Assembly: GCA_024404015.1 (NCBI GenBank)
Contig: JAKSQQ010000001.1
Location: 1 to 60,463, forward strand
Source: Clostridia bacterium
GTDB taxonomy: Bacteria; Bacillota; Clostridia; Oscillospirales; Acutalibacteraceae
Reading direction: 5' to 3'
Length of the DNA stretch: 60,463 nt
Under the pieces are notes generated by a model, which was given only the letters and a program-made list of their open reading frames with translations, had not been told where the DNA came from and did no database searches. Both the position numbers and the translations under genes were made by a program. Positions within the stretch are counted from its first letter, which is position 1. Every line of letters begins with the position of its first letter. Shown here piece by piece: positions 10,142 through 17,296 of this stretch.

Positions 10142-10597
10142 TTAAGAAAGTTTACCATCAGCTACCACTACCTTGTCGCCATCCCTGTCTTCAAAATAGT
10201 GAATCTGGTATCTTTCCGCCTGTTGCATTCCTAATACCGAAACTGCATATTCCTGAATCTTGTCTGCAGACATCATTGAACCGAGTTCTGCGGTAAGTCT
10301 GACGTTTTCCGACTGTGTCTGGCTGATTTCGGCATCAAGCTTTGAAATCTGCGAACTGTTCGCCGTGATATTCTTATTCATCGCAATGATAACCGTAGCC
10401 ATGGCCATTACTACGCTCAGTCCGAGAAGCCATACACCCAGTGTCTGAAGAGCCGCCAGGGTGGGGGAGCTTGTCTTTGACTGCTGTTTCGGCTTTTTGC
10501 GGGGACGGGTCTGTTTCTTTTCGGGTTCCTGATAATCAGGCAGTTTCGGAGCAGCGGTAGACGTGCTGTATCCGGGAATGAAATCAAAATCGTCCAT
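10142..10597 (-). CDS. ftsL: Cell division protein FtsL-like
   Basis: Single TM then coiled coil ending IQEYAVSVLGM; lies between rsmH and the PBP. Confidence 0.8.
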   Translation of the reverse strand: MDDFDFIPGYSTSTAAPKLPDYQEPEKKQTRPRKKPKQQSKTSSPTLAALQTLGVWLLGLSVVMAMATVIIAMNKNITANSSQISKLDAEISQTQSENVRLTAELGSMMSADKIQEYAVSVLGMQQAERYQIHYFEDRDGDKVVVADGKLS

Positions 10598-10619
10598 ACC
10601 GCTTCTCCTTTCTTTTTAA

Positions 10620-11558
10620 TCAATCGTTATTTGTGAGCTTTTCGACTGTTCTCAGCCGTGCGGAACGTGCTCTTGAATTTTCCGCTGTTTCGCTGTCGTG
10701 GGGAGCTACCGCCTTGAAAACCTTTGCCTTCGGTTTGTTACCGCAGACACAAACGGGAAAATTCTTGGGGCAGGTGCATCCTTTTGCCAGAGGAGCCATT
10801 GCCGACTTGACGGCTCTGTCCTCTAATGAATGAAAGGTGATTACACTTAATCTGCCTCCGGGTTTAAGGCAATCAAACATATCCTCTACTGCTCGTGTGA
10901 GGCCATCCAACTCACCGTTTACGTGGATACGAAGTGCCTGAAGTGTCTTTCTTGCGGGGTGTCCCTCGCGTCTTGCAGCCGCAGGTACCGCATTTGCGAT
11001 TATTTCGGCAAGCTGAAGTGTGGTCAATATGGGGCTTTCTTCTCTTGCTTTCACGATTGCTGATGCAATCCGGGGAGCGAATTTGTCTTCACCGTAGTCA
11101 AAGATGATTCTCTGCAGTTCATTCTGAGAGAGGGTGTTGACGAAGTCAGCCGCTGTTTTACCTTCCATACTCATCCTCATGTCCAGGGGAGCGTCCTTGT
11201 GAAAGGAAAATCCTCTGGCTGCCTCATCAAGCTGATGGGAGCTGACTCCGAGATCTGCAAGTATGCCGTCAACTGCGTCAATCCGCAGATCCCGGAGTAT
11301 AGATTTTATGGAAAAGAAATTGTCATGTATTATAGAAACATTATTATATATGCCCAGACGTTCATTGAGAACCTCAATTGCTTCCGGGTCTCTATCAATT
11401 GCAACAAGCTTGCCGGTGGTCAGGTGCTTAGCTATTTCACCTGAGTGTCCACCGCCGCCCGCTGTACAGTCAACATATAAGCCATCCGGGCGTATGTTGA
11501 GAGAATTGATAGTTTCATTAAAGAGTACGGGGATGTGATGAAAATTTGAAGTTTCCAT
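10620..11558 (-). CDS. rsmH: 16S rRNA m4C1402 methyltransferase
   Basis: HIPVL, DCTAGGGGHS, DLGVSSHQLD, ITFHSLEDR, RSARLR. Confidence 0.98.
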   Translation of the reverse strand: METSNFHHIPVLFNETINSLNIRPDGLYVDCTAGGGGHSGEIAKHLTTGKLVAIDRDPEAIEVLNERLGIYNNVSIIHDNFFSIKSILRDLRIDAVDGILADLGVSSHQLDEAARGFSFHKDAPLDMRMSMEGKTAADFVNTLSQNELQRIIFDYGEDKFAPRIASAIVKAREESPILTTLQLAEIIANAVPAAARREGHPARKTLQALRIHVNGELDGLTRAVEDMFDCLKPGGRLSVITFHSLEDRAVKSAMAPLAKGCTCPKNFPVCVCGNKPKAKVFKAVAPHDSETAENSRARSARLRTVEKLTNND

Positions 11559-11559
11559 G

Positions 11560-12012
11560 TCAGCTTCTGGGTGAGAGGTTGAACATACTCAGATCCGGCA
11601 TCTCTTCGGGTACGAACTGAGCGTTCCACTTGTCTTCGTTCCAGAGCTCGAGTCTATCGGGATGACAGATTATGAGAGCTTCGTTTTCAAGTCCTGCGAA
11701 CTCAATAAAGTCGGGTTTGAGAGTGATACGGCCGCTTTTATCTATGGTAGCCATATCGATGTTGTCAAGGAAGAGGCGCTGTACGTAGGTAAGAGCCGCA
11801 CCGGTGTATGACTTTGAAATGTTGTCATAAACCTTAAGGTAATCTTCTTCCGAATAAACAACTACGCAGTCGTTACTCTGAAAATTCTTAAAGAGATAAA
11901 CCGTATCGCCGTATCTTGATCTGAATCTTGTGGGAATTGCTATTCTGTTAACCTGGTCAAACTTACGCAGTTCACGACCGCCGAGACAATTCTTCATTTC
12001 TGCTGCCGGCAT
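11560..12012 (-). CDS. mraZ: dcw transcriptional regulator MraZ (divergent)
   Basis: Two DxxxR repeats (DQVNRIAIP, DKSGRITL), RLELW..DKW; first gene of the dcw cluster. Confidence 0.88.
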   Translation of the reverse strand: MPAAEMKNCLGGRELRKFDQVNRIAIPTRFRSRYGDTVYLFKNFQSNDCVVVYSEEDYLKVYDNISKSYTGAALTYVQRLFLDNIDMATIDKSGRITLKPDFIEFAGLENEALIICHPDRLELWNEDKWNAQFVPEEMPDLSMFNLSPRS

Positions 12013-12060
12013 ACGATTTTCTCCTTTCTTACCTTTTTGGGAGGGATTTTTGCGGGTATA

Positions 12061-12088
12061 GCCCCCATTTCTTCCCTTTTCTCCCCTT
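12061..12088 (-). promoter_or_regulatory. Putative MraZ-binding direct repeats
   Basis: Minus strand AAGGGGAGAA-AAGGGAAGAA-ATGGGGGC with 10-nt period just downstream of the -10, the known position of MraZ boxes. Confidence 0.65.
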
Positions 12089-12097
12089 GTAGTGCCG

Positions 12098-12126
12098 ATT
12101 ATATACTATCTTTCTCCCAAAATCAA
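12098..12126 (-). promoter_or_regulatory. Sigma-A promoter of the mraZ/dcw operon
   Basis: TTGATT, 17 nt, TATAAT. Confidence 0.8.
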
Positions 12127-12434
12127 GTGCTTTTTTCGATTTTTTTAAGGAAATATGAATTTTTTTATTCCTTTATATAGGGAAAACCGGAATTTTTTGA
12201 AAAATTTTTTGCTCAAGGGGGAATTTGGGGGCAAAATCGGGCTTTTTTACTCCTCCGGCGGCGGTCAGAACCTCGGAAAGGGACAAAACAGTCAGGAAAT
12301 CTTCAGGGGAGAAAAGGGGGATATATTTCATCCCCGGGCAGCCCTGATCCGATGCTTTCACAGCGTAGCCGAATGCATGAAAAATATCAGCTTTCCGGGT
12401 TTTTGCTAATTTTTTAACTTTTTCAAAAAAATTC

Positions 12435-12463
12435 TTGCAATCCTTCAGAAAGTATGATATTAT
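12435..12463 (+). promoter_or_regulatory. Sigma-A promoter of rpsT
   Basis: TTGCAA, 17 nt, TATTAT with an extended TG; AGGAGG RBS follows. Confidence 0.7.
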
Positions 12464-12493
12464 ACTGAACTGTATGAAGAAGGAGGTGTCTAT

Positions 12494-12745
12494 ATGCCTA
12501 ATATTAAGTCAGCTAAGAAAAGAGTAATCGTTAATAAGACCAGAGCTGCCAGAAATAAGTCTCGCAATACTGCTCTTAAGACCGCTATCAAAAAAGCTAA
12601 CGTTGCTGCAGCTGCAAATGCTCCCGAGACAGAAGCTCTCGTAAAGGAAGCTATCAAAAAGGTTGACCAGGCCGCTGCCAAGGGTCTCATCCATAAGAAT
12701 AATGCTGCTCACAAGAAGTCAGCTCTCGCAAGTCTTGTAAAATAA
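12494..12745 (+). CDS. rpsT: 30S ribosomal protein S20
   Basis: MPNIKSAKKR...KGLIHKNNAAHKKS. Confidence 0.98.
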   Translation: MPNIKSAKKRVIVNKTRAARNKSRNTALKTAIKKANVAAAANAPETEALVKEAIKKVDQAAAKGLIHKNNAAHKKSALASLVK

Positions 12746-12765
12746 TTTACTGTATTTGTGTTTAA

Positions 12766-12803
12766 AGCCGTGGTTATTGATTTTTTTATGACCACGGCTG
12801 TTA
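12766..12803 (+). terminator. Probable terminator after rpsT
   Basis: AGCCGTGGTTA / TGACCACGGCT inverted repeat; weak U-tract. Confidence 0.6.
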
Positions 12804-12808
12804 AATTA

Positions 12809-12837
12809 TTGACAACCCTGTAAGGTTTTGATATAAT
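12809..12837 (+). promoter_or_regulatory. Sigma-A promoter of the small ORF-ACP unit
   Basis: Perfect TTGACA, 17 nt, TATAAT with an extended TG. Confidence 0.85.
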
Positions 12838-12841
12838 CACC

Positions 12842-12869
12842 TTGACACAAAGGCGTGTACTATTATAAT
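12842..12869 (+). promoter_or_regulatory. Second tandem consensus promoter
   Basis: TTGACA, 16 nt, TATAAT immediately before the AGGAGG RBS. Confidence 0.5.
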
Positions 12870-12883
12870 CAGGAGGATATAAC

Positions 12884-13042
12884 ATGGATGCGTTAAAGAA
12901 GATTTTTAAGATTATTGCTATCATTGCTGCTATCGCAGGCGTAGTAATCATTATTAAGAAGATTCTTGATAAGAAGAATGCTTCTGCTGATTCAGAAGAA
13001 AATTATGTTTCCTGCTCATGCTGCGAAGCACCCGTAAAATAA
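12884..13042 (+). CDS. Small (52 aa) single-pass membrane protein with a C-terminal CSCC cluster; absent from the ORF track
   Basis: AGGAGG RBS 7 nt upstream; MDALKKIFKIIAIIAAIAGVVIIIKKILDKKNASADSEENYVSCSCCEAPVK; codon usage like rpsT. Confidence 0.8.
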   Translation: MDALKKIFKIIAIIAAIAGVVIIIKKILDKKNASADSEENYVSCSCCEAPVK

Positions 13043-13086
13043 AAATTCCGCAATAGCGGTTAGTTAAAACCGGAGGTACACTTAAA

Positions 13087-13314
13087 ATGGTTTTAGATAA
13101 GATTATTGACATCATCAGTGAACAGCTTGAACTTGATAAGGCAGTTGTCAAGGAGACCTCTCTCCTTGTTGATGACCTTGGGGCAACAAGTCTTGATATG
13201 ATTGACCTTGCGATGTCAATAGAAGACGAATTTGAAATGGAACTTCCCGATGATATCATTGAAAAGCTCAAGACCGTCGGAGACCTTGCAAATTACGTAG
13301 AAGAAAATAAATAA
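13087..13314 (+). CDS. acpP: Acyl carrier protein (atypical GATSLD motif)
   Basis: 75 aa, acidic, DDLGATSLD...IEDEF...TVGDLANYV; GGAGG RBS. Confidence 0.88.
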   Translation: MVLDKIIDIISEQLELDKAVVKETSLLVDDLGATSLDMIDLAMSIEDEFEMELPDDIIEKLKTVGDLANYVEENK

Positions 13315-13316
13315 TG

Positions 13317-13352
13317 AAAAGACCGTGATATCCTGGATATTACGGTCTTTTT
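13317..13352 (+). terminator. Intrinsic terminator after the ACP gene
   Basis: AAAAGACCGTGATATC-CTG-GATATTACGGTCTTTTT. Confidence 0.85.
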
Positions 13353-13365
13353 TACAGGAGTTTAT

Positions 13366-14484
13366 ATGATTTTTAAGAATGGTATTGTCTGCGACGAAAA
13401 TTTCCTTTTCGTCAGAGCGGATATTAAAACAGAAGGGGACAAAATTGTCGGAATCGGCAGATTTGAGGGCGATGAAGTCGTTGACTGTACCGATAAGGTA
13501 ATTCTTCCGGGATTCATCGACATCCATATACACGGCTGTAATAACGCCGACTGTACTGACGGCAATCCCGACAGCGTTCTGAAAATGAGTGAATATCTGG
13601 CGGGAAGGGGCGTAACATCATTCTGCCCTGCCACCATGACCGTTCCCGCAGAGGATATCAGAAAATCCTTCGGCTATATCCGTGACGCCATGGGAAAGGA
13701 AAAGGGCGCATACGTACAGGGCATAAATATGGAAGGTCCTTTCATTTCCAAAGAAAAAAAGGGAGCCCAGGCAGAGGAAAACATTATTCCTCCCGATATT
13801 GAATTCTTTAATGAATTATATGATATATGTCCCATACGTCTTGTGGATATAGCACCCGAAACCGAGGGCGCAGAGCAGTTTATCGGGGAAGCCAAAAAGA
13901 AATGCACCGTATCTGCCGCTCATACTACGGCAGATTTCAAAATGGGTATGAAGGGCTTTGAATGGGGCATCAGTCATTGCACCCATCTTTTCAATGCAAT
14001 GACGGGGCTGTCCTCAAGAGCACCCGGTCTGGTAGGTGCCTGCTTTGACCATGACAGCGTAACCGCAGAGCTTATCTGTGACGGAATCCATATTTCGCCT
14101 GCCACATTGAGAATTGCCTTCAGAGTTCTGGGCAAGGACAGAACAGTGGTAATCAGCGATGCCATGATGGCTTCGGGACTTCCCGAAGGGGAGTATATGC
14201 TGGGTGGACAGAGGGTAATCAAAACCGATGCCGCAAGACTTCCCGACGGCACTCTTGCGGGCTCCGCCACCGACCTTTTTGAAGAATTCGGCAAGCTGGT
14301 AAACGACTTCGGAATTCCTCTTGAGCAGGCGGTCAGAAGCGTGTCAATCAACCCTGCAAGGGTTATAGGTGCAGACCGTGAAACCGGCAGTATAAAAGAG
14401 GGTAAATCAGCGGACTTTTTCATTACCGATAATTGCTTTTCACGGGTATATGAGACCTATGTGAAGGGCGAAAGGGTATTTTGA
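13366..14484 (+). CDS. nagA: N-acetylglucosamine-6-phosphate deacetylase
   Basis: PGFIDIHIHG, EGPF, KKGA, THLFNAM, DGIH, SDAM, LAGS. Confidence 0.96.
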   Translation: MIFKNGIVCDENFLFVRADIKTEGDKIVGIGRFEGDEVVDCTDKVILPGFIDIHIHGCNNADCTDGNPDSVLKMSEYLAGRGVTSFCPATMTVPAEDIRKSFGYIRDAMGKEKGAYVQGINMEGPFISKEKKGAQAEENIIPPDIEFFNELYDICPIRLVDIAPETEGAEQFIGEAKKKCTVSAAHTTADFKMGMKGFEWGISHCTHLFNAMTGLSSRAPGLVGACFDHDSVTAELICDGIHISPATLRIAFRVLGKDRTVVISDAMMASGLPEGEYMLGGQRVIKTDAARLPDGTLAGSATDLFEEFGKLVNDFGIPLEQAVRSVSINPARVIGADRETGSIKEGKSADFFITDNCFSRVYETYVKGERVF

Positions 14485-14551
14485 AGGCAAAATTGCAAAA
14501 TCAAATTTTATATTCAAAACGGCTTAAAAATATACAAAAGAATATCGCGTC

Positions 14552-14596
14552 AAGGTGGTTAACTTTACATAACGAAATTGTAAAGTTAACCACCTT
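14552..14596. repeat. Perfect 18-bp inverted repeat (terminator or protein-binding site)
   Basis: AAGGTGGTTAACTTTACA, 9-nt loop, TGTAAAGTTAACCACCTT. Confidence 0.85.
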
Positions 14597-14622
14597 TCAA
14601 ATGTGAAAAACTCGGTGAAAAA

Positions 14623-14638
14623 TGTGAATAACCTCACA
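14623..14638. promoter_or_regulatory. TGTGA-N6-TCACA palindrome (CRP/FNR- or Rex-like box)
   Basis: TGTGA-ATAACC-TCACA matches the CRP core exactly; the 18-mer differs from the Rex consensus TTGTGAA-N4-TTCACAA at two positions. Confidence 0.45.
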
Positions 14639-14811
14639 ATTAAATTGTCAAAATAGAAATAAAAAAGTAAAGATTTTCACTTTACTACGAAAAATAATGC
14701 AAAATCAGAAAAATGTTACTTGTTTTCGGTTGAATATTTTTTGCAATCCGCTCTTTCAAATTTGCAAAATTCAGATGAATTTTCGTCTGAAATCGGTCAA
14801 AAACTTTAATA

Positions 14812-14864
14812 TTGACAATTTGGTCTATATATGTTAGACTAAAACGGTCTAATGAGATAGACCA
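14812..14864 (+). promoter_or_regulatory. Promoter and tandem palindromic operator of the BlaI-family gene
   Basis: TTGACA, 17 nt, TAGACT overlapped by GGTCTA-N7-TAGACT and followed by GGTCTA-N6-TAGACC. Confidence 0.7.
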
Positions 14865-14904
14865 ACCCTGTAACCCTTGATGTGCAATAAGAGGAGCTGA
14901 TTTT

Positions 14905-15264
14905 GTGTTTGATTCCGTCATCGGACCATCAGAATTGAAATTTGCAGAGCTTGTATGGCTGAATGAACCCGTAAAATCGGGCGAATTGGTACGCCTTGCA
15001 ACAGAGAAATTCGGCTGGAAAAAATCCACCGGATACACCGTTCTCAAAAACCTCTGTAACAAGAATTTCCTGCTTAACACCGACAGCATCGTAATCGCTC
15101 GCATTACCAGAAAAGAGTATTATCACATGATTGCGTTTTCGTTTCTTCACGAATATTTTAATGACTCCGTTCCCGACTTTGTGGCGGCTTACCGTGACGG
15201 AGTCCAGCTTACCCGTGAGGATCTTTTTGACGTGTATAATGCAATCAAGCATTATGATGATTGA
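14905..15264 (+). CDS. BlaI/MecI/CopY family transcriptional repressor
   Basis: SELKFAELVW..EP, GWKKSTGYTVLKNLCNK winged helix, FNDSVPDFVAAY dimerisation segment; GTG start behind GAGGAG. Confidence 0.9.
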   Translation: MFDSVIGPSELKFAELVWLNEPVKSGELVRLATEKFGWKKSTGYTVLKNLCNKNFLLNTDSIVIARITRKEYYHMIAFSFLHEYFNDSVPDFVAAYRDGVQLTREDLFDVYNAIKHYDD

Positions 15265-15350
15265 TTTGATGAAAATAATGTCAAACCTTATTGAAATCGT
15301 AATTGCAGTGTGTTAATATTGATTTGTCAGTAATGAAAGGAGATATGATA

Positions 15351-16424
15351 ATGGAAAGAACTTATAAGCCCTGGCAGGATTGGGGTTACAAAAGCAAGCA
15401 GACCGAATACACCGAAAAAACTCCTCTTTTTGATGATAACGGCAAGCTTCTTGCGGCGGGCTGGGCAAAGCATAACGTCTTTGAATATGACCGCAATAAG
15501 GTAAAGCCCAAAATGCACCGTAAGGAATGGGATTTTTATCAGATCAGCAACGGCAAGTACATGGTACAGCTTAATTTTGCCAATATCACTCTCGGCGGAT
15601 ATATCAATGCCGTTCTCGTTGACGTAACCGGCGGCGGAGAAATCTGCAACGTAATGGCTCCCTTCGTAGGTCAGACAAACAAATATCTTCTTCCCCTCAA
15701 GGGTGACGAGCCCTCACGTCTTTCTTATACAATCGGTAAGGCAACATTTGATTTTGTTACAAAGGAAAACGAGCGTACTCTTTATTTCAAGATGGATGAT
15801 ACGGAAGCTGAGTTTACTATGGATATGCTTCCCGGTCATGAAAATATTACCACCGTTCTTCCCTTTGACGGTTACCCCGACAGATACTTTATGACCACCA
15901 AGCTCAACTGTATGCCCACCTCCGGCTTCTTCAAGTGCGGCGGCAAGACCTACGAATTTTCAAAGGATGATACCTTTACCGTTCTTGACTGGGGCAGAGT
16001 TTGTACCCCTTACAAGATGGTATGGTATTGGGGCAACGGCTCGACTTATCTTGAGGACGCTCAGGGTGTAAAACATACCTTCGGCTTTGAAATCACCTGG
16101 GGTATCGGTAACGAAAGCAACGCCACCGAAACCTGCATTTTCTATGACGGCAAAGCCCATAAATTCGGTGCCATTGACGTTGAAACCTTCCCCAAGCCCG
16201 ATAAATACATGGAGCCCTGGAAGTTCGTTTCCGAAGACGGCAGATTCAATATGACCATGACACCCGTATTTGACAATCATCTTGACCTTGACGTTAAGGT
16301 AATGAGAATGCACAGCCATCAGGTACACGGCAAGTGGAACGGCACCGCCACACTTGACGATGGCACCGTTCTTGAAATCAAGGATATGTACGCATTCTGC
16401 GAATACGTTGAAAACCGCTGGTAA
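15351..16424 (+). CDS. DUF2804-like protein
   Basis: L...GWA, KEWDFY, DWGRV, WYWG, HQVHGKWNG and C-terminal FCEYVENRW pattern; start set at MERTYK behind AAGGAG. Confidence 0.75.
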   Translation: MERTYKPWQDWGYKSKQTEYTEKTPLFDDNGKLLAAGWAKHNVFEYDRNKVKPKMHRKEWDFYQISNGKYMVQLNFANITLGGYINAVLVDVTGGGEICNVMAPFVGQTNKYLLPLKGDEPSRLSYTIGKATFDFVTKENERTLYFKMDDTEAEFTMDMLPGHENITTVLPFDGYPDRYFMTTKLNCMPTSGFFKCGGKTYEFSKDDTFTVLDWGRVCTPYKMVWYWGNGSTYLEDAQGVKHTFGFEITWGIGNESNATETCIFYDGKAHKFGAIDVETFPKPDKYMEPWKFVSEDGRFNMTMTPVFDNHLDLDVKVMRMHSHQVHGKWNGTATLDDGTVLEIKDMYAFCEYVENRW

Positions 16425-16440
16425 TTACCGAATAAAAATC

Positions 16441-16472
16441 AACGGCAGACGTTGTTTGACGCCTGCCGTTTT
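16441..16472. terminator. Terminator between convergent genes
   Basis: AACGGCAGACGT / ACGCCTGCCGTT hairpin followed by T-run. Confidence 0.7.
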
Positions 16473-16473
16473 C

Positions 16474-17142
16474 TTATTTCACAAATACTTTCAGCTTGTA
16501 TTCGTTATTTATCAGCATTTTTGCAAAGTCCTTTGAGTTTTCGGGCATTCTGTCAAGGTAGATGCCACCGGGCTCCATTCCCGTTTCACGATGAAAATCC
16601 GAAGCGGAGGACATCCTCATTCCGTTTCTTTTTGCCCAGGCGTAAGCCATGTCGTTTCTCGAATCGTGACCGCCGTGACCGTTGTAAACCTCAATGCCGT
16701 CAAGCAGGGAGGTGTCAACGATTGACATTCCGTCTCTGAAGGGATGGGCCTGGTAAATTACGAGTCCGTTTTCGTCTGCGAAGGGTCTGAACTGCTCCAA
16801 TTCTTCAAACCGTGTCAGGTCTCTTCCGAAAATAAAATCTTCGTCAAATCCGAATACCAGGTAGTCGTTATCATAGTCAAGAAAGCGTATCTCCATGCCC
16901 GGTATAATCTTCAGTCTGTCGCCTGCGGCTTTCTTTGCGGCACGGTATCCTTTGAGAAATGCCTCTGCCTGCTCGGGATAGGTGCTGCCGAATTTTTTTG
17001 CATTGTGTATATTCATGTGGTCCGTAATGCAGATTCCGTCGTACCCGAGGCCTATGTATCTTTCAACAACGTCTTTTGCGGATACCTCTCCGCAGCCGCT
17101 GGATTCGCTTGTGTGAACGTGAATGTCAAATCTGTAGCTCAT
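16474..17142 (-). CDS. PHP domain metal-dependent phosphoesterase
   Basis: DIHVHT, ITDH, GMEI, AHPFR, SDFH metal-ligand motifs. Confidence 0.9.
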   Translation of the reverse strand: MSYRFDIHVHTSESSGCGEVSAKDVVERYIGLGYDGICITDHMNIHNAKKFGSTYPEQAEAFLKGYRAAKKAAGDRLKIIPGMEIRFLDYDNDYLVFGFDEDFIFGRDLTRFEELEQFRPFADENGLVIYQAHPFRDGMSIVDTSLLDGIEVYNGHGGHDSRNDMAYAWAKRNGMRMSSASDFHRETGMEPGGIYLDRMPENSKDFAKMLINNEYKLKVFVK

Positions 17143-17221
17143 ATCTGTTTCCTCTTTTCGTTATTTCAACGCTATTTTATACCCGAATTTCACAAAAATC
17201 AACTTTTGTTTTTATATATGC

Positions 17222-17250
17222 TTGACAAAAAACACTCTTTATTATAGAAT
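17222..17250 (+). promoter_or_regulatory. Sigma-A promoter of the sigma-like fusion gene
   Basis: TTGACA, 17 nt, TAGAAT. Confidence 0.75.
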
Positions 17251-17296
17251 GTACCTTAAGATGGCTTATAATTTTTATGGATTGGAGTGAATTTAC

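Noticed and set aside
12155-12409. Short ORFs on both strands in the mraZ-rpsT gap
   Set aside because: No convincing RBS, homopolymer-driven composition; better explained as regulatory DNA.
14685-15104. 139-aa minus-strand ORF overlapping the BlaI-family gene and promoter
   Set aside because: Antisense to a recognisable gene and its operator, with no protein motifs.
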